Counted from the first letter of the stretch, positions 54,353 through 63,483 are shown. The stretch is DNA of 64,000 nt from an uncultured virus (IMG/VR IMGVR_UViG_2687453592_000007) (IMGVR_UViG_2687453592_000007); one strand, 5' to 3'. Notes: generated by a model not told the origin, from the letters alone. Translations and numbers: made by a program.

Positions 54353-55375
54353 TCAGTTGCCAGTCAAGGAGCTACCAGCGCCACTGATCCACCACTGTAC
54401 GACGCTCCCCGTCAAGCTGCCGACGACACCAAGTGCGAGGGCCACCGAAACATAAATGGCAATCACCATTGGGCTGGTCTTTCTCGTCTGCAACTTAACA
54501 AAAGCTGAAAATCCCTGCAGGCCATTTTGGCCATTGCGTTCAAACTTTTTGCGCCAGTGATAGACCACCATCCCGTTCTCCAAGCCTTCGGGAACATAGT
54601 CTTTCCAAATCTCAGTTTCGAGCAAGCGGCTTTTATGCCACTCGGAATGGGACGATGTGATCGACGAAGTCACGGGGACCACGGCCAAGAACACAATGCG
54701 AGATACATGGGCGAGGCCATGCTTGGCGGCGTCTGCTAATGCTTCGATTGATGTCGGCAGAGTGCGTGCTTCATTTAAACGACAATCGATATACTCAATT
54801 TCTTCAAAGCCGCTAGTCCAAGCTCGGTCCTTCGGCTTGATGGCGGTCACAAATGGCCTTATATCCTGTATCGGCGGCAGGAGGCGAAGGCGGAAGTAAC
54901 CGCATTCTGCCTCGCCCACGCACTGTCTCCCGAGGGCACCCAACGCCTGTGCGGTGATCGAGATTAAAGTGCCCCCATCTTTCTCCAAGACTTGGAGCTC
55001 GTCGCGGTCGATTAAGTCGTTTTCGACCGAGAAAAGATGAACGTGACAATAGGTTTCGACACCAACCTTAAGCTCTACTGACTTACCGTTTGGCTTGCTT
55101 GTCGACGACAGAGTTTCGTTGAAAATACCCTGAGCAAGGCCAGTAGATAAAAACTCGGGCCCGAGGTCTTTAATGTCCTTATGGCCCAGAGGAAAGGGGA
55201 CGAAAATTCGAATCACCGACAACGCAGAGGGATTTCTTGGCATCACTCCAATTTCGACGAAATCGCGGCGATTTTTTGCTGAGAAATGCCAAAGGTTTAC
55301 ATGAAACTCAGTCGTGACTTCTGCGTCGGCGGCAGCAAGTTCGCACCAGAATGCCACCGATCTGTTTTCAGACAT
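54353..55375 (-). CDS. Hypothetical 340-aa protein with C-terminal TM helix
   Basis: Overlaps kinase stop; C-terminal VIAIYVSVALALGVVGSL. Confidence 0.8.
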   Translation of the reverse strand: MSENRSVAFWCELAAADAEVTTEFHVNLWHFSAKNRRDFVEIGVMPRNPSALSVIRIFVPFPLGHKDIKDLGPEFLSTGLAQGIFNETLSSTSKPNGKSVELKVGVETYCHVHLFSVENDLIDRDELQVLEKDGGTLISITAQALGALGRQCVGEAECGYFRLRLLPPIQDIRPFVTAIKPKDRAWTSGFEEIEYIDCRLNEARTLPTSIEALADAAKHGLAHVSRIVFLAVVPVTSSITSSHSEWHKSRLLETEIWKDYVPEGLENGMVVYHWRKKFERNGQNGLQGFSAFVKLQTRKTSPMVIAIYVSVALALGVVGSLTGSVVQWWISGAGSSLTGN

Positions 55376-55937
55376 CGGGTTCGACCTCTTGGAGGGAGCT
55401 CAAGACGCGGGTTAACTCGGGGTCATCGCCGCCGTTCACAAAATAAATAGGTATACTCAAATTATCTGAGATGTCACGTGCGGCTGCAATCGCAACGCGC
55501 TGCTGTTTGGTTAGAAAGTCAACGCTTCGATCAGGTCGTAGTCGCCTTGCATCGCGCTCCCGATTTCGGCGAATCCTTCGAGGCTCATCTTTGATAAAAA
55601 CCATGAAGTCGGGGTCAATCTTCCGGAAGACGTCTGAACTAACATGGGCCAACCCGTCAGGGGTATCAATGATTACATGTGCGTCCAAGATGACTAGGGT
55701 CGTATCAGGATCAATGCATCGGTTGAATGCTTCGATCAGGGCAGCTTGGTTGTCGTCGATGCAGCGAGCGCGAAGGTCGTCTTGGGGTGTTGGCTGTTCC
55801 TCCTTCTGCGCGAGCGATTCCCGAATGAGAGTGCTTGCAGAAAGAATTTGCATCGGTATGGCTGCGCGCACTTTGTTAAGTAGCCATGTCTTTCCAACTC
55901 CGGAGATGCCAACGACGATGCCAACTCTTTGCCTCAT
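55368..55937 (-). CDS. P-loop nucleotide-kinase-like protein (AAA_17/archaeal adenylate kinase-like)
   Basis: Walker A GISGVGKT, ILDAH, lid I..NRERD..R.R. Confidence 0.82.
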   Translation of the reverse strand: MRQRVGIVVGISGVGKTWLLNKVRAAIPMQILSASTLIRESLAQKEEQPTPQDDLRARCIDDNQAALIEAFNRCIDPDTTLVILDAHVIIDTPDGLAHVSSDVFRKIDPDFMVFIKDEPRRIRRNRERDARRLRPDRSVDFLTKQQRVAIAAARDISDNLSIPIYFVNGGDDPELTRVLSSLQEVEPDV

Positions 55938-57475
55938 AGCGAAAAACCGAAGTTGCACCGATCCAAGGCTTCGTGAAGTCGCACCCCACTTAGCTCGATA
56001 ATGGATCGTGGCGGGTGGCCCGAAAAAATCCCGGCATCTTGCAGTTCGTCGAGCGAGATGGGTGGGTCAATATAACCAACGAGCAAGTAGTTGATGACCT
56101 TTACCGGGCGATCGGATGTTGCTTTATAGCCCTCTAGCTCCTTTTCGCTGTAAACGGATCGCCCTCCGGTCAGCTTCATAAGATCTTTGGTTGACGTCGC
56201 AAATGAGACATCATCGAGAACACCCACCGCTGTCAGTGCTTGTGATGGATTTTCAATAGATTTTCCTTTGTAAAAGAACAATACGGATCCGGGCGGTCCA
56301 AGGTTCGATGGTGCGCGACAGAGGTAAACCTTGCGGATGGTGTTGCCTGGTCGTCTTGGACCTGCGCCATGCATAGTATCGCGAAACATGTCAGGCTGAC
56401 GCGCATTCCTGAGATCCGGATACAGAACGTCATGGTAGTCTTCTTTGATCGGGATGACAAAACCACGCACACCTGTATCGGCGACAAAGCGTGGATAGCT
56501 TTTCCGATCTATTTCATAGACTGAGGTGCCATCGATACGTGTCAGTCGTGTATTCGAGAAACAGCGCTCGAGAACAAGTTCGCCATCTAAACCTTTGGTG
56601 CCGGATTTCTCGAAGCCATAAAACTCCAAAAGAGCGATCAGTGCGTCTTGATCAGGGTAAGCCGTCAGATAAGCTAGATCATAACCATTCTTTTGAGCAA
56701 ACCACAGTACCTTCTTGAGTAACAACTCTCCGAGTTTTACGCCCCTTTTTTCTGGGCCGACCTTAAATGTACAGATTTTCAATATTTTTTGCGCTTTGTG
56801 TATCGCGTCGGTGTTGGCTCCGGTTTCATCCTTGCGGACGATCAAGCCAGCAATTTCGTCATTGTCATAGACGACCCAGCACGAGCGTCGTTCTGCCACA
56901 CATTTCGTCTTCCACCAGTTATTAAATTCAGGATACCCCTCGCGAAGGCTGTCGAAAAAGTTGTCGGTAATCGGTATCGTGTGAGCAGAAACGTCCGCCA
57001 CATGTCGGATGGGTACGGCGCGTGGTTCATACGTCGTTATGAGAAGTTGAGCCGCATCTGCTATAAACAACACACGGTTTGCGAGGTCCGGTGCGTATTT
57101 TTGGGCGCGTTCATGCAGCCCCTGATCTTCCGTTACAAGAAAATCCGAGGCATTGATGTACAGCGCGTGGAGTAAGGTGGCGTCGACCTCATCATTGTGT
57201 TTTCGGATCCTGCCGAAGGCCCGCTGTAGATCTTCTTTGGTGACGCCCTTGACCTTTTCAAGGATTTGGAATTTGTCGACCTTGCTCAGCGAAATCGCAC
57301 GGCGCGCGGCATCCTTGTCGCGATTGATGTCATCGCGCGCGGCTTCATGTACCAGAACATCGACTTTGTGCTTCGCAGCTAACTGAGAGAACTTGGCATA
57401 GGCGGGCTTGACGGTGTGATTGTCTTCAAGGCCGATGATGATGTTCGTATCAATGAGATACGACTGCGTGCTCAT
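55934..57475 (-). CDS. PIN - GNAT acetyltransferase - PUA/EVE-like multidomain protein
   Basis: LIDTNII..D...LVTED.GL (PIN); LKICTFKV..RG.KLGELLL..FYGF (GNAT); IPIK..YH..LYPD..GNTIRKVY..G..L.FY (PUA-like). Confidence 0.85.
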   Translation of the reverse strand: MSTQSYLIDTNIIIGLEDNHTVKPAYAKFSQLAAKHKVDVLVHEAARDDINRDKDAARRAISLSKVDKFQILEKVKGVTKEDLQRAFGRIRKHNDEVDATLLHALYINASDFLVTEDQGLHERAQKYAPDLANRVLFIADAAQLLITTYEPRAVPIRHVADVSAHTIPITDNFFDSLREGYPEFNNWWKTKCVAERRSCWVVYDNDEIAGLIVRKDETGANTDAIHKAQKILKICTFKVGPEKRGVKLGELLLKKVLWFAQKNGYDLAYLTAYPDQDALIALLEFYGFEKSGTKGLDGELVLERCFSNTRLTRIDGTSVYEIDRKSYPRFVADTGVRGFVIPIKEDYHDVLYPDLRNARQPDMFRDTMHGAGPRRPGNTIRKVYLCRAPSNLGPPGSVLFFYKGKSIENPSQALTAVGVLDDVSFATSTKDLMKLTGGRSVYSEKELEGYKATSDRPVKVINYLLVGYIDPPISLDELQDAGIFSGHPPRSIIELSGVRLHEALDRCNFGFSL

Positions 57476-58244
57476 TTTTAAGGGCCTTTCTTAAATCACG
57501 TTTCGCATACAAGAATGACTGGGGTGGCTCAAAGCCAAATCGCTCTCTAAGATAGGCAAGACCCAACGGTGTTTCGAATGGCCGAACATTCGCAAACTCC
57601 AGCGCGAAACCTTCGTGCAAGCCTTCAAAGTAACGGTCAAATTCCGGGCGCTCGATGAACGCTACATCCGCGTAGCGTCGCCAAATTTCATCGATGGGAA
57701 GTTTCCTCACAGATGAGATTTCCGCTACGCCAACCATCGCACGTTCAGGAGACGTCGAATAAATGTAGGCAATTGTACCTTCCGGTGCAGCCGCGGGAAA
57801 CTTGCGCCGAAGCTCAACAGTCTTTTCGCCAGACATGATACGGCTACTAAATTTCGGGCGGATACTAAGTACGACGTCCCTGTGAGGTCGGAACTGCTCT
57901 TCCGCGAAAATCGGAAGTACTAATTGGTCTTCCTGGTCAAGCTCGACGTCAAATGCCTCGCGCACACGCAGACACAACGAGCTACCCGCATCAAAGGCTG
58001 CGCTCACCTGAAGTGTTCCGCCAAGGGCTTCCACATATTTTTGGATCGTGCATAGCTGCATGTCGGCTCGGCCCTTCTCGAACTTTGATATCGAAGCCTG
58101 TCCAATGTTGAGGAGTTCGGCCATTTCGACTTGCGTCAAACCTGAGAGCTTCCGGATCTCTTTGAGAGCCTCACCAATCCTCAGAGATTGCTCATCCAAG
58201 CTTGATGCTCGAACCTCTACGACCTTGCCCTCTAGTTTGCCCAT
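57450..58244 (-). CDS. XRE HTH fused to ASCH domain
   Basis: GLTQ.EMAE.L.IGQASISKFE HTH; LSIRPKF..RIMSGEKTVELRR, YIYSTSP, PPQSF.Y (ASCH). Confidence 0.88.
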   Translation of the reverse strand: MGKLEGKVVEVRASSLDEQSLRIGEALKEIRKLSGLTQVEMAELLNIGQASISKFEKGRADMQLCTIQKYVEALGGTLQVSAAFDAGSSLCLRVREAFDVELDQEDQLVLPIFAEEQFRPHRDVVLSIRPKFSSRIMSGEKTVELRRKFPAAAPEGTIAYIYSTSPERAMVGVAEISSVRKLPIDEIWRRYADVAFIERPEFDRYFEGLHEGFALEFANVRPFETPLGLAYLRERFGFEPPQSFLYAKRDLRKALKNEHAVVSH

Positions 58245-58726
58245 TCCACTCACCTCTCATTTTCTCCCGCTGGTAGCAGTCTCCGGTATTCCTCACAAGG
58301 AATATATGGGGATGTGACTAGATCATTGTGGACGATATCTGCTCTTGCCAAGCCGCTGCACAGCGCTGGTTTCTGGACGCATTGACCGCCGTGGGCCGCC
58401 TGCGTCGGTGGTTGAGAAGTGTTTCATATACCAAAGCGGATGTCGGCCCCTTCTAGTCGTCAACGGGTGAGATAGCGGGGGTCTAATGGCCGCGGCCGGC
58501 AGGGGGCGCGACTACGGACCGACTCCCGTCCCTGAAGGCTCCCAGCAAAGAGCCGCGAGACGGCGGTCACATCGACCGACGCGGAGCCCGATGGTGAAGT
58601 CAAATCGCTTGTCCGCTTGGTACGCTCTCCGGACCTTGGCGGCTCCAGGGTATGCCGCAGCGGGGATGAACGGCCGCTTCCGCGATCCGCTGCCGGATCG
58701 GGCTTGGGCGACCGAACGGCGGCTAT

Positions 58727-58767
58727 CGGCAGGGAGCGCCCGAGCGGGCGCCGAGGCGCTCCGGCGC
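58727..58767 (+). repeat. 41-bp repeat, identical to 29838-29878
   Basis: Direct sequence comparison. Confidence 0.9.
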
Positions 58768-59047
58768 CATGCTGCACCGTCGCAGCTCCGCTCCGAGCCC
58801 GAAACGGACCAGAGCGCGCCAGACCGTTTTTGCACGCGCAGCGACGCGCTCAGCGTAGCGACCGGCCCAGACCTGCCGTTCGACGGGCGGGCCGTCGCCG
58901 CATTGCAGCTTTCCCGAACCGGCCTTTCGTAAAATCGTGCAGCATCGGCCGAGAAGCTATACCTCATTGCAGGAACTGAGCAAACATGCATAGCATCTAT
59001 CGCGCCACCATAGGCCCAGAAAAAGTACCTTAGAAGGAGCCCCTTTC

Positions 59048-59644
59048 ATGCCCGCCGAGCGAACACATATTATATGGGATAATTCGAATATTTTCATTTC
59101 TGGAAGGTCCGTTTGCGACAATCTAGAAAGAAAGCCAGGGGCGTTCCGGGTCAATTTTGAATCTTTGGTGGATCTGGCTGTTAACAACCGACCTGTTGAG
59201 CAGGTTTTTTGCGTTGGATCGGTGCCGCCGCCGACTGATGCCGTTTGGGGCCACATCGAGAAGAAGACAGGGAAAGCACCGGAGTTATATGAAAGAGGTG
59301 CCAATTCCGGAAAAGAACAGGCTGTAGACCAAGCGCTGCAAACTAGAATGTTGCGACTAGGATATGACTTCACCCCTCCTGAAACGCTCGTGCTACTTAG
59401 TGGAGATGGTAGCGGACACGAACAAGGTGTAGGATTTTTTGCAGATATTCAGAGATTACATCGGATTGGATGGAATATTGAAGTCATTTCCTGGAAAGAT
59501 CATTGCAACAGAGCCATGAAAACTTGGGCCGAAGAAAACGGCTTATTTGTTCCGCTAGATGACTTTTATGCCTCTGTGACATTTCTACAAGGACTCAGGA
59601 GTTCAAGTGTGCTCGATCTGTCGAAGCGACCAGTGAATACTTGA
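59048..59644 (+). CDS. NYN-domain (PIN-fold) ribonuclease
   Basis: IWDNSNI, KEQAVD, LVLLSGDG..GF, GW.IEVISW; AAGGAG RBS. Confidence 0.85.
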   Translation: MPAERTHIIWDNSNIFISGRSVCDNLERKPGAFRVNFESLVDLAVNNRPVEQVFCVGSVPPPTDAVWGHIEKKTGKAPELYERGANSGKEQAVDQALQTRMLRLGYDFTPPETLVLLSGDGSGHEQGVGFFADIQRLHRIGWNIEVISWKDHCNRAMKTWAEENGLFVPLDDFYASVTFLQGLRSSSVLDLSKRPVNT

Positions 59645-59996
59645 GCGAAATAATAAGTGCAAAAGTGGGCCGGCGTTTTGTCTCGACTATTTAAACTGGC
59701 GTCCAAGCGGCAATGCGACCCTGCCGATATTTGGACGGTTTTTCCACAAGTCGGCCACTATTTTTGCCGGGAGCATCTGCGCTCCCGGCCCTTACTTGAC
59801 ATCCGCCCGCTCGGCAGTTGGTGCGGAGCGGAACGTCGCTCTGGTCTTTTCCCTTGGACTGCATGTAATGTTCATTTCGGATTGATGAGCGCAAGACAAG
59901 GTGAGCTTCAACTTGCGTTGGCTATGGTTCAGCTTTGCAGACTTCGCCTTTACGCTCTGATGGCGAAAAAGCAGATTATCGAGGTGAAAATTCCAA

Positions 59997-60884
59997 ATGA
60001 GTGTGGCTGACAACTTCAAATCGTTTCGGAAAATATACCTAATACCCACAGAAAAGATCTCAAGCATTTCATATCGCTACAAGAGAATAACAAGACAACT
60101 AAATAAGGACTTCTGGGGGACAGATTCAGAAACTTCACACAGTCTTTATATTGGCTCTTTTGGGCGAGATACCGCCACAAACGGGGTTAGTGACATCGAC
60201 ATGTCATTTACCCTACCAGCCAGCCTCTACCATCAATACAATGCACATTCGGGAAACGGCCAATCCACCCTGCTTCAGAAAGTGAAAAATTCTCTCAACA
60301 GGACTTACTCAAACTCTTACACGGGCGCTGATGGCCAGGTGGTGGCGCTAAATTTTACTGATAGTATAAAGTTTGAAATACTACCGGTTTTTTTGAATAA
60401 AGATGGAAAATCATTCACCTTCGCCGACACAAACGGTGGTGGGACTTGGAGGGTCTGCAACCCCCGTGCAGAGATGGAAGACTTCGCAATTAGAAATAGC
60501 GCGACGGCAAACGGAAACTTGAAAGCAATTTGCAGAATGGCGAGAATTTGGCGAGACAAACATAACGTACCAATGAGCGGAATGTTGATCGATACGCTGG
60601 CATACCACTGGATTCTCGGATGGAAATACAGAGATAAATCTTTCCTTTACCATGATTTTTTGGTGCGTGATTTTATGAAGCACCTCTCGGAAATCGACGC
60701 AAGCAAGAAGTATTGGCGCGCACCTGGAAGTGGTTCTTATGTCTGGAAACGAGGAAATTTCCAAGCAAAAGCTAAGGTCGCGTATGAGAAGGCGCTGGAT
60801 GCCATTAAGTATGATGCCGACAAGCCTTACACGGCAGCAAACAAGTGGAGAGAAATTTTTGGATCAAAATACCCAACTCCCTGA
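59997..60884 (+). CDS. SMODS/CD-NTase (cGAS/DncV-like cyclase), CBASS
   Basis: GSFGRDTA..SDID, FEILPVF, W..CNP, SGMLIDTL, WRAPGS, WREIFG..YP. Confidence 0.9.
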   Translation: MSVADNFKSFRKIYLIPTEKISSISYRYKRITRQLNKDFWGTDSETSHSLYIGSFGRDTATNGVSDIDMSFTLPASLYHQYNAHSGNGQSTLLQKVKNSLNRTYSNSYTGADGQVVALNFTDSIKFEILPVFLNKDGKSFTFADTNGGGTWRVCNPRAEMEDFAIRNSATANGNLKAICRMARIWRDKHNVPMSGMLIDTLAYHWILGWKYRDKSFLYHDFLVRDFMKHLSEIDASKKYWRAPGSGSYVWKRGNFQAKAKVAYEKALDAIKYDADKPYTAANKWREIFGSKYPTP

Positions 60885-61437
60885 GAGCAACGTCTTGGAG
60901 AACCAGCTTCGTGAGTGCTTTGCAAGGGTCGTTTACTCACATAAGACACACGAAAAGCAGGCGGACATTACATCTACTCAGCTTATGCGCTTCAAAATGA
61001 CGCAAATAGCGCTGTCTGCGCTAACCTCCTCCGGTGCGCTTGCCATCTTGTTTGCCGAAAATTTTTACCTCAAGTGCGCGACAGCAGCGATTTCTTTAAT
61101 CTCTCTTTTTGTAGCAGGATATATGAAAGGTTTTGATCCGGGGGCAGTCGCTCAGAAGCATCGTGATACTGCGGCTGACTTGTGGTCTATTCGCGAGTCC
61201 TACCTGTCTCTTCTCACAGACTGCGCCAATGGAACGGTTGATCGAGAAAACGCCTGCATAAAGAGAGATCAACTGCAAGCGGAGTTGGCAGCAATCTACA
61301 AATCGGCTCCAGGAACGACGCCAAAATCCTATTTGTCGGCACAAGAGGCCCTTCAGACCTTAGAAGACTACACGTTTAACCCCGGAGAAATCGACAAGTT
61401 CCTGCCTCCTGCGTTGAAGCGTGACAACGGTAAGTAG
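60859..61437 (+). CDS. SLATT-domain 2-TM CBASS effector
   Basis: QLREC..RVVYSHKTHEK.AD, two TMs, KHR..A..LW.IRESYLSLL; TTG start overlapping the cyclase end with GGAG RBS. Confidence 0.87.
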   Translation: MDQNTQLPESNVLENQLRECFARVVYSHKTHEKQADITSTQLMRFKMTQIALSALTSSGALAILFAENFYLKCATAAISLISLFVAGYMKGFDPGAVAQKHRDTAADLWSIRESYLSLLTDCANGTVDRENACIKRDQLQAELAAIYKSAPGTTPKSYLSAQEALQTLEDYTFNPGEIDKFLPPALKRDNGK

Positions 61438-61502
61438 CGCTACGAGTGCCCGCTTCTGTGCCGTCCTTCTCGCCATTTCGTAGCTGCGGCGAAAGTCCGG
61501 AA

Positions 61503-61687
61503 TCTGCCGATACTGTTGAAAAACTCGCTTGCGGGGCCGCGGAGCACAAGCTCACGGGGCAATTGTTCCGCTTTTCTGCGATCCCGCCTCGTAAATGGAC
61601 CTTTGCTGCCCCTGTGAAGAACGGCGTTCCAAACTCAGACGACCTCTCAACCGCGGCCGGAGTTTTTCAACACAATCTGCCCTTACG
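61503..61687 (-). repeat. MITE-like repeat, right (inverted) copy
   Basis: Reverse complement of 53994-54177. Confidence 0.88.
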
Positions 61688-61959
61688 GCAAGACCTCTCG
61701 CTCCTACGGCACAAATCGAGCCAGTGCAGCGAACGGCAGGCAACTGCCTTGATCTTTGGGCTGTCCTATCTCGGGGCACCCACCGGCCCAGGGACGCGGC
61801 GACAATGTGGATTTTGACGAATAGCTCTGTCACGCCCCCTCGGCCGGGCGGGAACTAGTCATCACGATTGTCCAGGTAGTCGTCTAGTTCAATGAGCAAC
61901 TCGTCGTTGGTCTAATCGGGGCTTTTTCTTAATCTCGGCCGTACCTGAGTGCCAAGCAC

Positions 61960-62154
61960 TCAGCGGCGGTCCCACCACAAGCTCGAACTGTCCAGTTCTC
62001 CGCCAGGCCACTCCACATCGTCGCACAAGCGGTAGAGGTTGGTATCTGGGTGGCCAATTAACGCGAAGGCCTCCGCCTCCGTGTCAGCCCGCACGTAGCC
62101 TTCGGGAGGGTTGGGCGTGGTGATGTCGGCGGCTATGCTGAAGACCCAGATCAT
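61960..62154 (-). CDS. Small hypothetical protein near att
   Basis: 64-aa ORF with GGAGG upstream; no recognised motif. Confidence 0.35.
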   Translation of the reverse strand: MIWVFSIAADITTPNPPEGYVRADTEAEAFALIGHPDTNLYRLCDDVEWPGGELDSSSLWWDRR

Positions 62155-62307
62155 ATGGGGAGAGTCCTCCAGCGCCGTTAAGGAAGGGTTAAAGCGGGCG
62201 AGGATCGCTCTCCCAGCAACAAGGACGCGTCTGCAACATTCTCGCACCGTTCCCCATATGTCCGCCTATGGCTGAAACGAATTTGCGTTTGCTTTCAAAG
62301 CGTCTCG

Positions 62308-62356
62308 GCGGATTGCAAATCCGTGTACAGGAGTTCGATTCTCCTACTCGCCTCCA
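62308..62356 (+). repeat. att junction E2/E3: tRNA-Cys(GCA) 3' fragment including anticodon stem-loop
   Basis: GCGGA-TTGCAAA-TCCGT, T-arm and CCA; no D-arm or 5' acceptor strand upstream. Confidence 0.92.
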
Positions 62357-62430
62357 TTTACTTTCAAGCACTTGGCTCGACCACCCGCTTGCGCGGGGCG
62401 CTCCGTTTACAGCGCCGTTTACAGTTTTGT

Positions 62431-63483
62431 TCACGCTACACCCCCTTTCGCATGGGCAAGTTTGATCAGAACGGCATCGGTTTCGTCGGGAGAAACACGG
62501 GCGTAATGCTCGATCACGTTCGCCGCGTAGCGGACCGACCAGCCCATGTGATTGGCGATCTCCGCGAGCGAGAGACCCGCATTCAACAGCCGCGTCGCGG
62601 CCGTCCCGCGCGCATCGTAAAGGCGCAGGTCATCGGACAGCTTCGCCTTGTCGCGCCACTGGCGGACGCCCTCGGATGCCCGGTGAGGCGTGAGGGCATT
62701 GCCTCTCGCGTTGGTCAGGATCAGCAGCCGACTGGCCGGGGTTGTGTCGATAATTTCGGCCAGCTCAGGCGTGATCGGGATATGGGCCAGCCGCTTGCGC
62801 TTGTTCGTCCTGACGCGCAGGCGACGGCCGAGAGGAGTCTGCTCGACATGGGCTTGGGTCAGCTTGATCAGGTCGGCCGGGCGCAGACCGGTCTCGCAGG
62901 CAGCGCAAAGAACGCGGCGCACCCATTCCGGGGCAACCGCGTTGAACGCGGCGCGGTCGGTCTGGGTCCAGACGATTTCCGAGCGGTCCACATCATAAAG
63001 CCGATGCAGCTTGTGACAGTAATGCTCGGTCAGCTTGCCCTCCTGCACCGCCCAATTCAGGATGCGGACAGCATGAGTGCCCGCCATGTCGTGCTGTTTG
63101 GGCGAGTGCTTCCAGAGTGCCCGCCAGGCATTCACTTCCCCGCGCGCGCCGCGCTCCTCGAAGATAACGGCAGGCGCGTCCTTGAAATGCTCGGCAAAGC
63201 GCAGCGCCCATTTGCGGATGTCCGCGCGGGACCTTTCGCCTTTGGGCATCGCGGTGCTGGACAGGAAGTCATCCACCATCCTGGGCGTCATGTAGTCGGC
63301 CGGTTGCGGTCGGGCGGCGGCGTCCGCGAAAGCCTGATAGAAGGCCGGATCGCGGGGCTTGCAGTATTCATCTTCCCAGAATTTCGGGCCTCCGCGCCAC
63401 GCATAGAAGTGAAAACGGCTCTTGCCGTTCGCCAGCTTCCGCCGGACCCGGTGCACGCCTTTGGGCAGGTCAGCTTGCGGCAC
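62431..63483 (-). CDS. int: Tyrosine recombinase/integrase (E3)
   Basis: ETGLRPAD, YDARGT, HMGWS..HY; more distant from int1/int2. Confidence 0.93.
   Translation of the reverse strand: MPQADLPKGVHRVRRKLANGKSRFHFYAWRGGPKFWEDEYCKPRDPAFYQAFADAAARPQPADYMTPRMVDDFLSSTAMPKGERSRADIRKWALRFAEHFKDAPAVIFEERGARGEVNAWRALWKHSPKQHDMAGTHAVRILNWAVQEGKLTEHYCHKLHRLYDVDRSEIVWTQTDRAAFNAVAPEWVRRVLCAACETGLRPADLIKLTQAHVEQTPLGRRLRVRTNKRKRLAHIPITPELAEIIDTTPASRLLILTNARGNALTPHRASEGVRQWRDKAKLSDDLRLYDARGTAATRLLNAGLSLAEIANHMGWSVRYAANVIEHYARVSPDETDAVLIKLAHAKGGVA

Larger units (their letters stand above)
31625..62356. mobile_element. Prophage E2 (lambda-type terS only; lacks terL, head, neck, tube; has tape measure and tail tip)
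   Basis: Bounded by 44-bp direct repeats; integrase, immunity, replication, partial morphogenesis, lysis, cargo. Confidence 0.93.

Noticed and set aside
53994..61745. Classical integron/attC array
   Set aside because: No IntI-type integrase recognised, no clear RYYYAAC...GTTRRRY sites, and cargo blocks are multi-gene operons in both orientations.
1..62356. E1/E2 similarity as an assembly duplication artefact
   Set aside because: Copies differ by many scattered synonymous changes and by different integrases, repressors, packaging genes and cargo; read support is still worth checking at the deletion junctions.
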